Shown here piece after piece: positions 18,187-27,680 of a DNA stretch of 64,000 nt. Positions within the stretch are counted from its first letter, which is position 1. Every line of letters starts with the position of its first letter. The notes under the pieces are model-generated. The model had not been told where the DNA came from, made no database searches, and was given only the letters and a program-made list of their open reading frames with translations. The translations under genes were made by a program, and so were the position numbers. Origin of the DNA: Bacteroidota bacterium (lineage in GTDB: Bacteria; Bacteroidota; Bacteroidia; Chitinophagales; Chitinophagaceae); contig JANMEU010000004.1 of assembly GCA_031377245.1 (NCBI GenBank), positions 60,359 to 124,358 on the forward strand. The letters run 5' to 3'.

Positions 18187-20346
18187 TTATTTTGTTATCC
18201 CTTCCAGCGCAAATAAAAATGCATATTCTCTTGCACGGTCTTTTAATGCTTTAAATCTTCCAGAAGCCCCACCATGACCAGCTTCCATATTGGTATACAG
18301 CATTAACTTGTTTTTATCAGTTTTCATTTCTCTAAGTTTGGCTACCCATTTAGCCGGTTCAAAATATTGCACTTGGCTATCGTGTAAGCCAGTTGTTATT
18401 AGCATATTTGGGTATGCTTGTTTAGTTACATTATCGTAAGGCGAGTACGATTTCATGTACATATAATTTTCTTTATTAGCTGGGTTACCCCATTCATCGT
18501 ATTCATTTGTTGTTAAGGGTATAGATGGATCACTCATGGTGGTAAGCACATCAACAAATGGAACTCCTGCAATAACACCATGCCACAAATCGGGTCTCAT
18601 GTTTACTACTGCGCCCATTAATAAGCCGCCAGCACTTCCACCACTGGTGTACAAATGTTCTTTGCTGGTGTATTTACCTGCCAATAAAAATTCGGCACAA
18701 TCAATAAAATCGGTAAAGGTGTTTATCTTTTTATTCATCTTTCCATCTTCGTACCAACTTCTACCCATCTCTTGTCCGCCACGTATGTGTGCTATTGCAA
18801 AGGCAAAGCCACGGTCTAGTAAACTTAGTCGTACACTGCTAAAAGATGCTTCCATACTTGCGCCGTAAGAGCCATATCCGTATAGCATTAGTGGCCCATT
18901 ACCATTTTTCTTAAATCCTTTTTTATATACTATAGAGATAGGAATTTTTGTTCCGTCTTTTGCTGTTGCCATTACTCTTTCAGTTGCATAATCTGCCGGT
19001 TTAAAGCTACCAATCACTTCTTGCTGCTTCATCAGTTTCTTTTCTTTGGTAGCCATGTTGTAATCAAATACAGAGTTAGGTGTGGTAAGCGATGTATAAT
19101 TGTAACGCATTACATCGGTATTGTAATCGGGTATGTAAGACAGATTAGCTGCATAAGCGGCTTCATCAAAAGGCAGATAATGTGAGCTGTTGTTTGCAGT
19201 ATTTAAAATATGTACTTGTGTTAAACCATCTTTACGTTCCGATATGGCCATATAGTTTTTAAATAGATCAAAACCCTGTATCAAAATTTCATTATTGTGT
19301 GCAACAAGATCCTTCCAGGATGTTGTATCAGTCTTATTTTCGGGGCATGTTACTATTTTAAAATTCTTTGCTTGTAAGTTAGTGCGTATGTAAAATTTAT
19401 CATTTGCATGATCAACACTATACAATACTTCCTTCATCCTAGGCTGAAAAATAGTGAATGCACCTTCGGGTTTATTGGCATCAATCCATTTTATTTCTGA
19501 TGATAACGTTGCTTGTGAAGTGATAAGAATAAATTTATCAGACTTCGTTTTACCTACGCCAATATAATTGCTAGGGTCTTTTTCTTCATATACTGTTTTG
19601 TCCGTTGATGCATCTGTACCCAGTTTATGCTTTTTAATTTTTTCAGATAAAAGTGTTATCGGATTTTTTGAAGTATAAAACAACGTAAGATTATCATTCG
19701 CCCAAACCGGGTCTCCTTGTGAATTTGGTATCTTGTCTTTATAAATTTCGCCTGTCTCTAGGTTTTTAATAAAGATGTTGAACTGGTTTCTGCTCAGCAT
19801 ATCAATTCCATAAGCAAGTAATTTATTATCCATACTTACATCAAAACCCGTTGCCGAAAAATAAGAATGGCCTTCTGCCATCGCATTTACATCTAGCAAT
19901 ACTTCTTCTGCTGCCTGTAGGTTTCCTTTTTTTCTGCAGTACACAAAATAATCTTTGCCTTCTACCACACGGCTGTAATAAAAATATCCGTTTTTAAAGG
20001 TGGGTACACTTTCATCTTTTTCTTTTATCCTAGCCTTCATCTCGGTATATAAATTTTCCTGCAACGTTTTTGTACCACTCATCATGGTATCATAATAGGC
20101 GTTCTCTGCTTTTAGGTAATCAACCACTTTGGTACTGTCTGGCCCTTTTTTAAAATAATCATTCATCCAGTAATAATTATCAATACGGGTATCGCCATGG
20201 GCAATTAATTCTTTTGCTTTTTTCTCTGCAACTGGGGCTGCAATACTATCGGCCCATTTGTACGGCATTGTTGTTGTGTTAGTTTGATTTGTACAAGAAA
20301 ATAAGGAACATAATGCTACTAAGAGTAGCCATTGATTTTTTTGCAT
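18187..20346 (-). CDS. ptrB: Oligopeptidase B (S9A), lipoprotein
   Basis: Lipobox LFSC; HGDTRIDNYYW; GGSAGG nucleophile; HDSQV and GHGG catalytic Asp/His. Confidence 0.95.
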   Translation of the reverse strand: MQKNQWLLLVALCSLFSCTNQTNTTTMPYKWADSIAAPVAEKKAKELIAHGDTRIDNYYWMNDYFKKGPDSTKVVDYLKAENAYYDTMMSGTKTLQENLYTEMKARIKEKDESVPTFKNGYFYYSRVVEGKDYFVYCRKKGNLQAAEEVLLDVNAMAEGHSYFSATGFDVSMDNKLLAYGIDMLSRNQFNIFIKNLETGEIYKDKIPNSQGDPVWANDNLTLFYTSKNPITLLSEKIKKHKLGTDASTDKTVYEEKDPSNYIGVGKTKSDKFILITSQATLSSEIKWIDANKPEGAFTIFQPRMKEVLYSVDHANDKFYIRTNLQAKNFKIVTCPENKTDTTSWKDLVAHNNEILIQGFDLFKNYMAISERKDGLTQVHILNTANNSSHYLPFDEAAYAANLSYIPDYNTDVMRYNYTSLTTPNSVFDYNMATKEKKLMKQQEVIGSFKPADYATERVMATAKDGTKIPISIVYKKGFKKNGNGPLMLYGYGSYGASMEASFSSVRLSLLDRGFAFAIAHIRGGQEMGRSWYEDGKMNKKINTFTDFIDCAEFLLAGKYTSKEHLYTSGGSAGGLLMGAVVNMRPDLWHGVIAGVPFVDVLTTMSDPSIPLTTNEYDEWGNPANKENYMYMKSYSPYDNVTKQAYPNMLITTGLHDSQVQYFEPAKWVAKLREMKTDKNKLMLYTNMEAGHGGASGRFKALKDRAREYAFLFALEGITK

Positions 20347-20401
20347 AAGTTAAAATTTGTACTAATATAAAGTATTATTTTAATAACTTTTTTAATTTTC
20401 T

Positions 20402-22207
20402 TTATTTTCTTCTTGCTACTACCAGTGTATTCTTAAACCTTTTTTTCTTACCGTCTAAATTAAATACCTCAGTATAAATTATATAAATACCGGTAGCTAT
20501 TTGTTGATTTCTTTCACCCAACCCATCCCATCTAAAGTTACCTCTTGTACCACACAACGCATTCCGTTGTAGGTTACGCACCACTCTACCAGCGGCATCA
20601 AAAATAGTAATATTGGCTACATAGCCAGGTTGCGGAAAACTATAATTTACTGTAGCAAAATCATCCATACCATCGTTATCTGGACTAACAATTTCTGGTG
20701 TTGTTGTTATTTCGCCTTGTAGTTGATCGTTAATTCTGTATTGACTATTCTTATATGTTGGTGTGCCATAACCTACGCTAGTGGCGGCACTATGCCAGTT
20801 TTCTTGGCTTTGCGTTGGTGCATTGTAATCTATTCGTTCTAATGCCACTCCCTCTCTATTCGTTATTAAACTAAAATGCCATTTTTCATCGTATTTTAAC
20901 TCATCCACAACATCGCCTTGTGCATTTAAAATGAGTACACTGCTTTTATCATCATTAAAAGAAGGTATAGTAGGTACAATTATAAAAGCATTTAAATTTT
21001 GTACAATGTAGTTTGCTTTTACTAAAGATGAGTCCTCGGTAATAACCACAAAACTTTGTGGAGCTAAAAAGTAACTATTGGTTGTTAATGTTTTTATGCT
21101 ACTAACTTGTCCTGCGGTATTTCTATTCGCAATTTTTACATTTTTTAAATCAATAGTAAAATTGGTATTATTATAAAGCTCCACATAATCGGTGCTTGTT
21201 GGCGTTGGGTTAAATAAAATTTCATTTAGTACAATATCTTTTTGTTGCAGTACAAAATAAGTGAATGAACTAGTTGCATTACTAATTGCATTGGCAGATA
21301 AATCTCTTACCCCATTTACGCTTAATTGCAAATTAGTACGTAGCGGAAAACTGTTTGCAAATGTTAAGTGTACTAACTCTAAATTAGTAGCATCTCTTAT
21401 TACCGTTAGGGGAGAGCCTACACTATTATTTACAACATAGTTTGCTGCCGTTTGGCTAGTAGTTAAATCAACAGCCTCGTTAAACAATACATCTAACGTA
21501 GTAGAGGTTAGTGCTGTTGCACTTATAAGAGCTGGAGCAGTTACATCTGGCACAAAAACTTGTACAATAATATCATCAAAATAATGTCGTTGAAAAAAAC
21601 TTGCTGTGCTTTGCTTTATTAAAATGCCAAAAAAAGCTGATGTGGTATACGTAACATCTGTAATTACCCCTTCGGTAAAATAACTATTACCAGTGCCGGT
21701 TAAATCTCTGCTCAGCGTCCATTGGTTAGCGGCATTCCGTACCACTTTTATCTTCATTACATTATTACTTGTATTTAAAACTCCATCAACTCCGTCAATA
21801 ATTTTTGTAACTACTGCTCCATCTTTTCTATATAAAGCAATTTCATCGGCGGTGTTACCAATACGTACAAAATAACCATTTGTTGCTGTAGCTGTTAAAT
21901 CGCTGGCACTTGCAGTTAAAAAAACATCCGTATAATTTGCACTTGATGGGTTAAAGGTTATTTGGTGATAAAACTCCCATTGGGCAGTTGTTGCCAATGT
22001 ACTTGCTGTACTTAAATAATACGTACTATTTATAACTGTATTATTACTTTGTAATTGAAAAACTGGATTAACTGTAAAATCGGCTAAGCCTCCCACCCAA
22101 GCAGGGTTTGTTGTAATATCGCCATCGGTAAAGCTTTCGGTAAACTGGGCTTTCGTAAATAAGTTAGCAAAGCAAATGATGTATATAAGAAGTATCCCTT
22201 TTTTCAT
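20402..22207 (-). CDS. Lamin-tail-domain protein with Ig-like domain and T9SS type-B (gliding motility-associated) C-terminal domain
   Basis: Signal peptide; IVLNEILFNP...DYVELYN (LTD); SPDNDG.DD...IFDAAG.VVR...WDG...TGIYI C-terminus. Confidence 0.8.
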   Translation of the reverse strand: MKKGILLIYIICFANLFTKAQFTESFTDGDITTNPAWVGGLADFTVNPVFQLQSNNTVINSTYYLSTASTLATTAQWEFYHQITFNPSSANYTDVFLTASASDLTATATNGYFVRIGNTADEIALYRKDGAVVTKIIDGVDGVLNTSNNVMKIKVVRNAANQWTLSRDLTGTGNSYFTEGVITDVTYTTSAFFGILIKQSTASFFQRHYFDDIIVQVFVPDVTAPALISATALTSTTLDVLFNEAVDLTTSQTAANYVVNNSVGSPLTVIRDATNLELVHLTFANSFPLRTNLQLSVNGVRDLSANAISNATSSFTYFVLQQKDIVLNEILFNPTPTSTDYVELYNNTNFTIDLKNVKIANRNTAGQVSSIKTLTTNSYFLAPQSFVVITEDSSLVKANYIVQNLNAFIIVPTIPSFNDDKSSVLILNAQGDVVDELKYDEKWHFSLITNREGVALERIDYNAPTQSQENWHSAATSVGYGTPTYKNSQYRINDQLQGEITTTPEIVSPDNDGMDDFATVNYSFPQPGYVANITIFDAAGRVVRNLQRNALCGTRGNFRWDGLGERNQQIATGIYIIYTEVFNLDGKKKRFKNTLVVARRK

Positions 22208-22249
22208 ATAATAAATGTGTGTTTTAAAGATACAAATTTTAGATGCTTA

Positions 22250-22280
22250 TTACACTAATTTTTACGAATTACACTAATTA
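22250..22280 (+). repeat. 9-mer repeat half-element (TTACACTAA-type) upstream of asd
   Basis: TTACACTAATT TTTACGAATT ACACTAATTA; 22258-22280 matches the reverse complement of 23356-23378 at 22/23 positions. Confidence 0.7.
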
Positions 22281-22337
22281 ATAAAAATTAGATAATATAT
22301 AAGAGATAAGCATTTTCTTTGCAAAAAGATAATTTAC

Positions 22338-23327
22338 ATGAAAGTAGCGGTAGTAGGTGCCACAGGTTTAGTAGGCACAAAAATGTTGCAAGTTTTGGCA
22401 GAGCGTAATTTTCCGGTAACGGAATTAATAGCTGTAGCATCGGAAAAATCAATTGGTAAACAAATAGAATTTAAGGGTAATAGATATAGTATAGTTAGTA
22501 TGCAAGATGCTATTGATGCAAAACCAGCTATTGCTATTTTTAGTGCTGGTGGTGGCACTAGTTTGGAGTGGGCGCCAAAATTTGCAGCCGCTGGCATTAC
22601 TGTAATTGATAATAGTAGTGCATGGCGAATGGATGCTACAAAAAAATTAATTGTGCCAGAGGTTAATGCTACTGTACTAACCAGTACCGATAAAATTATT
22701 GCCAACCCAAATTGCAGTACCATACAAATGGTAGTGGTTTTAAAACCATTGCATGATAAATATAAAATAAAAAGAGTAGTGGTAAGCACTTACCAAAGCG
22801 TTACAGGTACTGGTGTAAAAGCCGTTACACAACTTATGAATGAGCGTAAAGGTATTGAGGGAGAAATGGCGTACAAATACCCTATTGACATGAACGCTAT
22901 ACCACAAATAGATGTTTTTTTAGATAATGGTTACACCAAAGAAGAAATGAAAATGACCAACGAAACTAAAAAAATAATGGGTGATGATAGTATACTAGTA
23001 ACAGCAACCTGTGTACGCATACCAACTATGGGTGGCCACAGCGAAAGTGTAAATATTGAGTTTGAAAATAATTTTGATTTAGAAGACGTTAAAACCATTT
23101 TAAGCAATGCCGATGGTGTAGTAGTAAAAGATGATATGGCTAATTTTATTTACCCAATGCCCCTTACTGCTTACGATAAAGATGAAACGTTTGTAGGGCG
23201 ACTACGCCGAGATGAAACACAACCAAACACCCTAAACTGCTGGATTGTAAGCGATAATTTACGAAAAGGTGCTGCTACTAATGCGGTGCAGATTGCGGAG
23301 TATTTGGTAGAGAAGAGCTTGTTATGA
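22338..23327 (+). CDS. asd: Aspartate-semialdehyde dehydrogenase
   Basis: VAVVGATGLVG, IDNSSAWRM, ANPNCSTIQM, TYQSVTG and DNLRKGAATNAVQI motifs. Confidence 0.97.
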   Translation: MKVAVVGATGLVGTKMLQVLAERNFPVTELIAVASEKSIGKQIEFKGNRYSIVSMQDAIDAKPAIAIFSAGGGTSLEWAPKFAAAGITVIDNSSAWRMDATKKLIVPEVNATVLTSTDKIIANPNCSTIQMVVVLKPLHDKYKIKRVVVSTYQSVTGTGVKAVTQLMNERKGIEGEMAYKYPIDMNAIPQIDVFLDNGYTKEEMKMTNETKKIMGDDSILVTATCVRIPTMGGHSESVNIEFENNFDLEDVKTILSNADGVVVKDDMANFIYPMPLTAYDKDETFVGRLRRDETQPNTLNCWIVSDNLRKGAATNAVQIAEYLVEKSLL

Positions 23328-23331
23328 TATC

Positions 23332-23378
23332 TTACACGAATTACACCAATTGATTTAATTCGTGTAATTCGTAAAAAT
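23332..23378. repeat. 9-mer repeat hairpin element between convergent asd and korB
   Basis: TTACACGAATTA (23332-43) inverted with TAATTCGTGTAA (23356-67), extended by TTCGTAAAAAT. Confidence 0.75.
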
Positions 23379-23394
23379 AAGTGAAATGCAACTT

Positions 23395-24429
23395 TTAGCT
23401 AATCGTCCAAGTTTCATTTCCTCTCAACAACTTATCTAAATCGCCTTTGCCTTTTTTAGCAATAATATCTTCTATTTGTAGTTGCATACTATCTTCGTAA
23501 CAAGCTCTTTCGGTTTCGAAAAAAACGCCAAATGGACGTGGTAAATGCCCAGCAAGTTTTGGATCGTCAAACATTCTTATTAATATCTGTGCTTTGTAAA
23601 AATCTTTTTCGTCATGTATCCACAAATCATCGGTACTTGCTCCCTCTTCTAAATTTACAATTACCGGTTTAAAACCATCTAACTTAATGCCTTTATTATT
23701 AGTTGCGCCAAAAACTAATGGTTTGCCTTGTTCCAAAAACAACACTTCATCTGCCTTACTGCTTTTTTCGGTAAATACTTCAAAAGCACCATCGTTAAAA
23801 ATATTACAGTTTTGATAAATTTCTAAAAACGATGCTCCTTTATGTGCTTGGCTGCGAAGCAACATAGCTTGTATATGTTTAGGGTCTCTATCCATAGTAC
23901 GGGCAATAAAACTAGCATCGGCACCCATAGCTAAGGCTAAAGGGTTAAATGGATGATCGATACTGCCAAACGGTGTTGATTTAGTTATTTTATTTTCTTC
24001 ACTGGTTGGAGAATATTGGCCTTTTGTTAACCCGTAAATTTGGTTGTTGAATAACAAAATATTGATATCAAAATTTCTACGCAATAAATGAATAGTGTGA
24101 TTACCACCAATGCTTAAACTATCGCCATCGCCTGTTACTACCCAAACACTAAGCTCGGGCCTTGCGGCTTTTAAACCACTAGCAACTGCGGTTGCTCTTC
24201 CATGTATGCTGTGCATTCCGTAGGTATTCATATAATACGGAAAGCGGCTACTACAGCCAATGCCACTTACAATTACAATATTTTCTTTAGGTATGCCAAG
24301 CGTTGGCATTACCTTTTGCACTTGTGCTAAAATAGAGTAATCGCCACAGCCGGGGCACCATCGTACCTCTTGATCGGTGGTAAAATCTTTTGCGGTAAGT
24401 GGTGGAGTTGTTATTGCTGTATCATTCAT
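23395..24429 (-). CDS. korB: 2-oxoacid:ferredoxin oxidoreductase beta subunit
   Basis: WCPGCGD, SGIGCSSRFP, HGR, GDGD...GGNH TPP-binding motif; NCNIFN. Confidence 0.95.
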   Translation of the reverse strand: MNDTAITTPPLTAKDFTTDQEVRWCPGCGDYSILAQVQKVMPTLGIPKENIVIVSGIGCSSRFPYYMNTYGMHSIHGRATAVASGLKAARPELSVWVVTGDGDSLSIGGNHTIHLLRRNFDINILLFNNQIYGLTKGQYSPTSEENKITKSTPFGSIDHPFNPLALAMGADASFIARTMDRDPKHIQAMLLRSQAHKGASFLEIYQNCNIFNDGAFEVFTEKSSKADEVLFLEQGKPLVFGATNNKGIKLDGFKPVIVNLEEGASTDDLWIHDEKDFYKAQILIRMFDDPKLAGHLPRPFGVFFETERACYEDSMQLQIEDIIAKKGKGDLDKLLRGNETWTIS

Positions 24430-24493
24430 AATGTAATAATTAAATGATAAAGTTAGTTAAATAATGTTCAACAATTAAGATAGAGTAGTGAAA

Positions 24494-26134
24494 TTAGCGA
24501 TGCCCTTTTTTGAAAATCGTCTTCTTTTTTCCTGTTTCTGAAATCTCATAAACTCTATTCGGCTTTAGGTTTTTTAAAATGGTAGTTCCATTTACCGTCC
24601 ATTTTATAGTAGCCTTTTCCAATTTTTTGATTTGCCCCAATCCAAAATAAATGAATTTACTACCCTGAGATCCATGACCACTTCCCCCATCCATTTCTTT
24701 CATTTGTACTAATGAATCAGTTTGAATGGTTACACTACATCCAATACAGCTATTATTGATCTTACGGGTTCCTTTTAATTTAAACCCTATCCAATTATTG
24801 GCTATATTATTTTCGTTTCTAAACAATTTTAGCTTTTGATCAATATTTGCAAATTCACTTCTATTAACCTTTATTACCGATGATAGAATATCTACCTTAC
24901 CATCATGGTCAAAATCAATTAAACCTGCCCCTCTATGTGATAGCATATCATCTACGCCTGCAGATGCGGATATCTCTTTAAAGGTTTTATTACCAAGGTT
25001 TAAATATAATTTGTTAGGATCTTTAATTACAGTTTTGGGAATCATTGTTTGTAGATAACCTTTGGTTACATACAAATCAAGGTCTGTATCATTATCAATA
25101 TCAACAAAAATTCCACTCCATGCCGACCCTCTGATGGAGTCTTTAACAAAAGTATTATCTATACTTAATTGTTTGGCAATTTCTGTAAAAGAATTACCGT
25201 TATTTTGGAACATAAAATTTTCGCCAATATTGGTGATAAAATAATCTAGGTCGCCATCATTGTCGTAATCTCCAGGGCCTACGCCCATACCATACATTTC
25301 TTTATAAAAAACACTTTCGCTACTTACTTCCGTAAAGTGATTTTCTGGGTAGTCATTTCTATACAACTGGTTTCCTAAATGATTCCACTCACCAAAGTCG
25401 TTTAGCAGCATAAGGTCTACGTCGCCATCATTATCGTAATCGGTAAATGCACAAGCAAGTCCGCAACCTTTGTTATTTAAACCCAACGAAGCTGCTGCCT
25501 CCCTGAACCCTTTACCTCTCTCGTTTATATAAAATTTGTTTTCATTACACCTAGGATCGTAGGCTATAGGCTTATTCAATGAATCTCTTATTTCATGCAT
25601 CCTATCAACATAATCGGTTACAAAAAGGTCAACAAAACCATCATTATTATAATCGCCCCAAGTACAAGATGTGTAATTACCGGGTTTAGAAAAAGTTTGT
25701 GTAAAAACAGGTTTAAAATATTTACCTTCTACGTTCATTAAAAGCACAGGTCCTTTTTCATCTCCTTGTCTTCGACCTATACCTTGGTTGCATATAAAAA
25801 GATCTTCGTACCCATCATTATTAAAATCTGCAGCAGCCCCTCCTTGTATGTAAAATCCCTGCAAGGTATCTAGGCCAAATTCTTTTGTAGCATCAATAAA
25901 TTTTCCTTTTTTATTTATCCAAAGTTTAGATTGAAATACACCCCCAGCCTGAAAAAAATCATCCCATCCATCATTATTAACATCAAACACTACTATACCA
26001 GAACCTACCTCTTGATTATCGTTGCCAGGGTAAATATAATTAAGACCCACTTTACTGCTAACCTCTGCAAATTTTTGTGCATGCAGTTGTAATAAAAAAA
26101 ATAGGGCGACAAAAAAGGCTATACACTTTTTCAT
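24494..26134 (-). CDS. CRTAC1/ASPIC-UnbV family secreted protein (FG-GAP/VCBS beta-propeller)
   Basis: Signal peptide; about seven D-x-N/D-N/H-D-G-x-x-D repeats; C-terminal N..IG..V...GSGHGSQ...FGLG ASPIC/UnbV pattern. Confidence 0.88.
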   Translation of the reverse strand: MKKCIAFFVALFFLLQLHAQKFAEVSSKVGLNYIYPGNDNQEVGSGIVVFDVNNDGWDDFFQAGGVFQSKLWINKKGKFIDATKEFGLDTLQGFYIQGGAAADFNNDGYEDLFICNQGIGRRQGDEKGPVLLMNVEGKYFKPVFTQTFSKPGNYTSCTWGDYNNDGFVDLFVTDYVDRMHEIRDSLNKPIAYDPRCNENKFYINERGKGFREAAASLGLNNKGCGLACAFTDYDNDGDVDLMLLNDFGEWNHLGNQLYRNDYPENHFTEVSSESVFYKEMYGMGVGPGDYDNDGDLDYFITNIGENFMFQNNGNSFTEIAKQLSIDNTFVKDSIRGSAWSGIFVDIDNDTDLDLYVTKGYLQTMIPKTVIKDPNKLYLNLGNKTFKEISASAGVDDMLSHRGAGLIDFDHDGKVDILSSVIKVNRSEFANIDQKLKLFRNENNIANNWIGFKLKGTRKINNSCIGCSVTIQTDSLVQMKEMDGGSGHGSQGSKFIYFGLGQIKKLEKATIKWTVNGTTILKNLKPNRVYEISETGKKKTIFKKGHR

Positions 26135-27462
26135 TTTACAAATTGAAGTGATTGGATACTATTATCGCCTATTTTACTTCCGAACTTTAAGCTAACTACA
26201 AGGGTATTTTTAAAATGGATACCACCATAAAATCTTGACATGGAAATTTCTTCAGCCATTGTCGAAAAACTAGTGAACCGTCGCATTTTATCTATAAGAT
26301 CATTACGATCAATATTTGTACTATCTGTAAACGCAAATTCTTCTCCAAAAAAATTAATAAAAACTTTTAAAGCAGCACCTGATTGATAGGAATGACCAGA
26401 TGGAAATTCTGGAAATGAAGGAGAAGTAAGTACCGTGTTAAAATCAGCTCTTATATACTTTTGAATATAGGTTATGGGTCTGATGAGGTTATACAGGTAT
26501 TTTATATTCCAACACTCTATCAAAGCGTCGTTTACAGCAATTCCCAATAAAACATATAAATGAAGTGTTTTCTCCAAATTGAAATGCTCACTTTTAGATA
26601 GTTGATTTGCAATTGAAAATAGATGGCCAGAGGGTGTGCCAGAATAACCGGGCGAATCATCCCAATACTTTGCAATATGGGTTTGCACTTTTTTTAAGGT
26701 ATCATATAACAAAACCATTTCTGCTGCACCTTTATAAAATGCAGAAACTGTATCTGTAGAAAAAGGAACAAAGGGAACATCTTTTTTAAAACCAGCATTA
26801 GACAATAACATTAACCTATTGTTGCCCCAGTAAGGTTGCAACGCTGGTAAATAGCCTGGCCCAGTTGGCGACCAACAACCAAGGCATTGTGGTGGAAGAT
26901 AAGCTTTAGGAAAGTTGGTGTTATAACCACCATCTCCATTATCATTTTTTGACCAATTAATAATTTCTGTCGCTATTTTTTGACCATATTCTTCTGATAG
27001 TTTTAACCTTGATTTTGAAATTTTTCTTGAATAATACTGTTGTAAAGTTTTAAATCTAATATTAAGCAGCTTAGCATTGGCTGGTGGCATATTTTTATAA
27101 AAATATTCTGCCATTTTTAACATGGCAGTATTGGCAACATGTGGCCAATTAAGCTTAACTTCTTTTCCAAGCCAAATAGTTCTATTATAACCCTGCAATT
27201 GGCCAGTTAAAGATTGATAATTATCCATCTGCTCTACTTGCGACTCATACATACCAATGCTCATATAACAAAAAGCCCTAGCAGCAACCGGGGCACTGAA
27301 TCCTACACAGTTTTTTGTAAGGATGTGTATTTCCTGCATCCAACTATTCAATACAACTAAACTTTCTTCTTTTTCTTTTGCAGGCAAAGGCAGTTTTCCT
27401 GAAGCTAGCAAAGAAAGCAGCTTGAATGAAAGTATTAATGAGAAAGATTTTATGAAAACCAA
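26131..27462 (-). CDS. Vanadium-dependent haloperoxidase (PAP2 superfamily), secreted
   Basis: K-x6-RP (KYLYNLIRP), PSFPEFPSGHS and SRFYGGIHF vanadate-binding motifs; YWDD.PG...TP.GH; signal peptide; 4-nt overlap with the next gene. Confidence 0.87.
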   Translation of the reverse strand: MVFIKSFSLILSFKLLSLLASGKLPLPAKEKEESLVVLNSWMQEIHILTKNCVGFSAPVAARAFCYMSIGMYESQVEQMDNYQSLTGQLQGYNRTIWLGKEVKLNWPHVANTAMLKMAEYFYKNMPPANAKLLNIRFKTLQQYYSRKISKSRLKLSEEYGQKIATEIINWSKNDNGDGGYNTNFPKAYLPPQCLGCWSPTGPGYLPALQPYWGNNRLMLLSNAGFKKDVPFVPFSTDTVSAFYKGAAEMVLLYDTLKKVQTHIAKYWDDSPGYSGTPSGHLFSIANQLSKSEHFNLEKTLHLYVLLGIAVNDALIECWNIKYLYNLIRPITYIQKYIRADFNTVLTSPSFPEFPSGHSYQSGAALKVFINFFGEEFAFTDSTNIDRNDLIDKMRRFTSFSTMAEEISMSRFYGGIHFKNTLVVSLKFGSKIGDNSIQSLQFVK

Positions 27463-27680
27463 ATTAGGCTGTTTGATATGTAAGGAAAAAATAATAAAAA
27501 AGCAGTGGGTTTTACTCAGCTAAAAAAATGCAATATAATACAATAATTGATTGTTGGAATGCTCCCGAAATCAATACCCCATCCGACTCCTCTAAAAAAA
27601 AATACCCGCAATTGAAAATTATCATTTTTATTTTTAGTAATTTGCTATCAGTCTGATTAAACCAGCAGCAACCTCACCAC

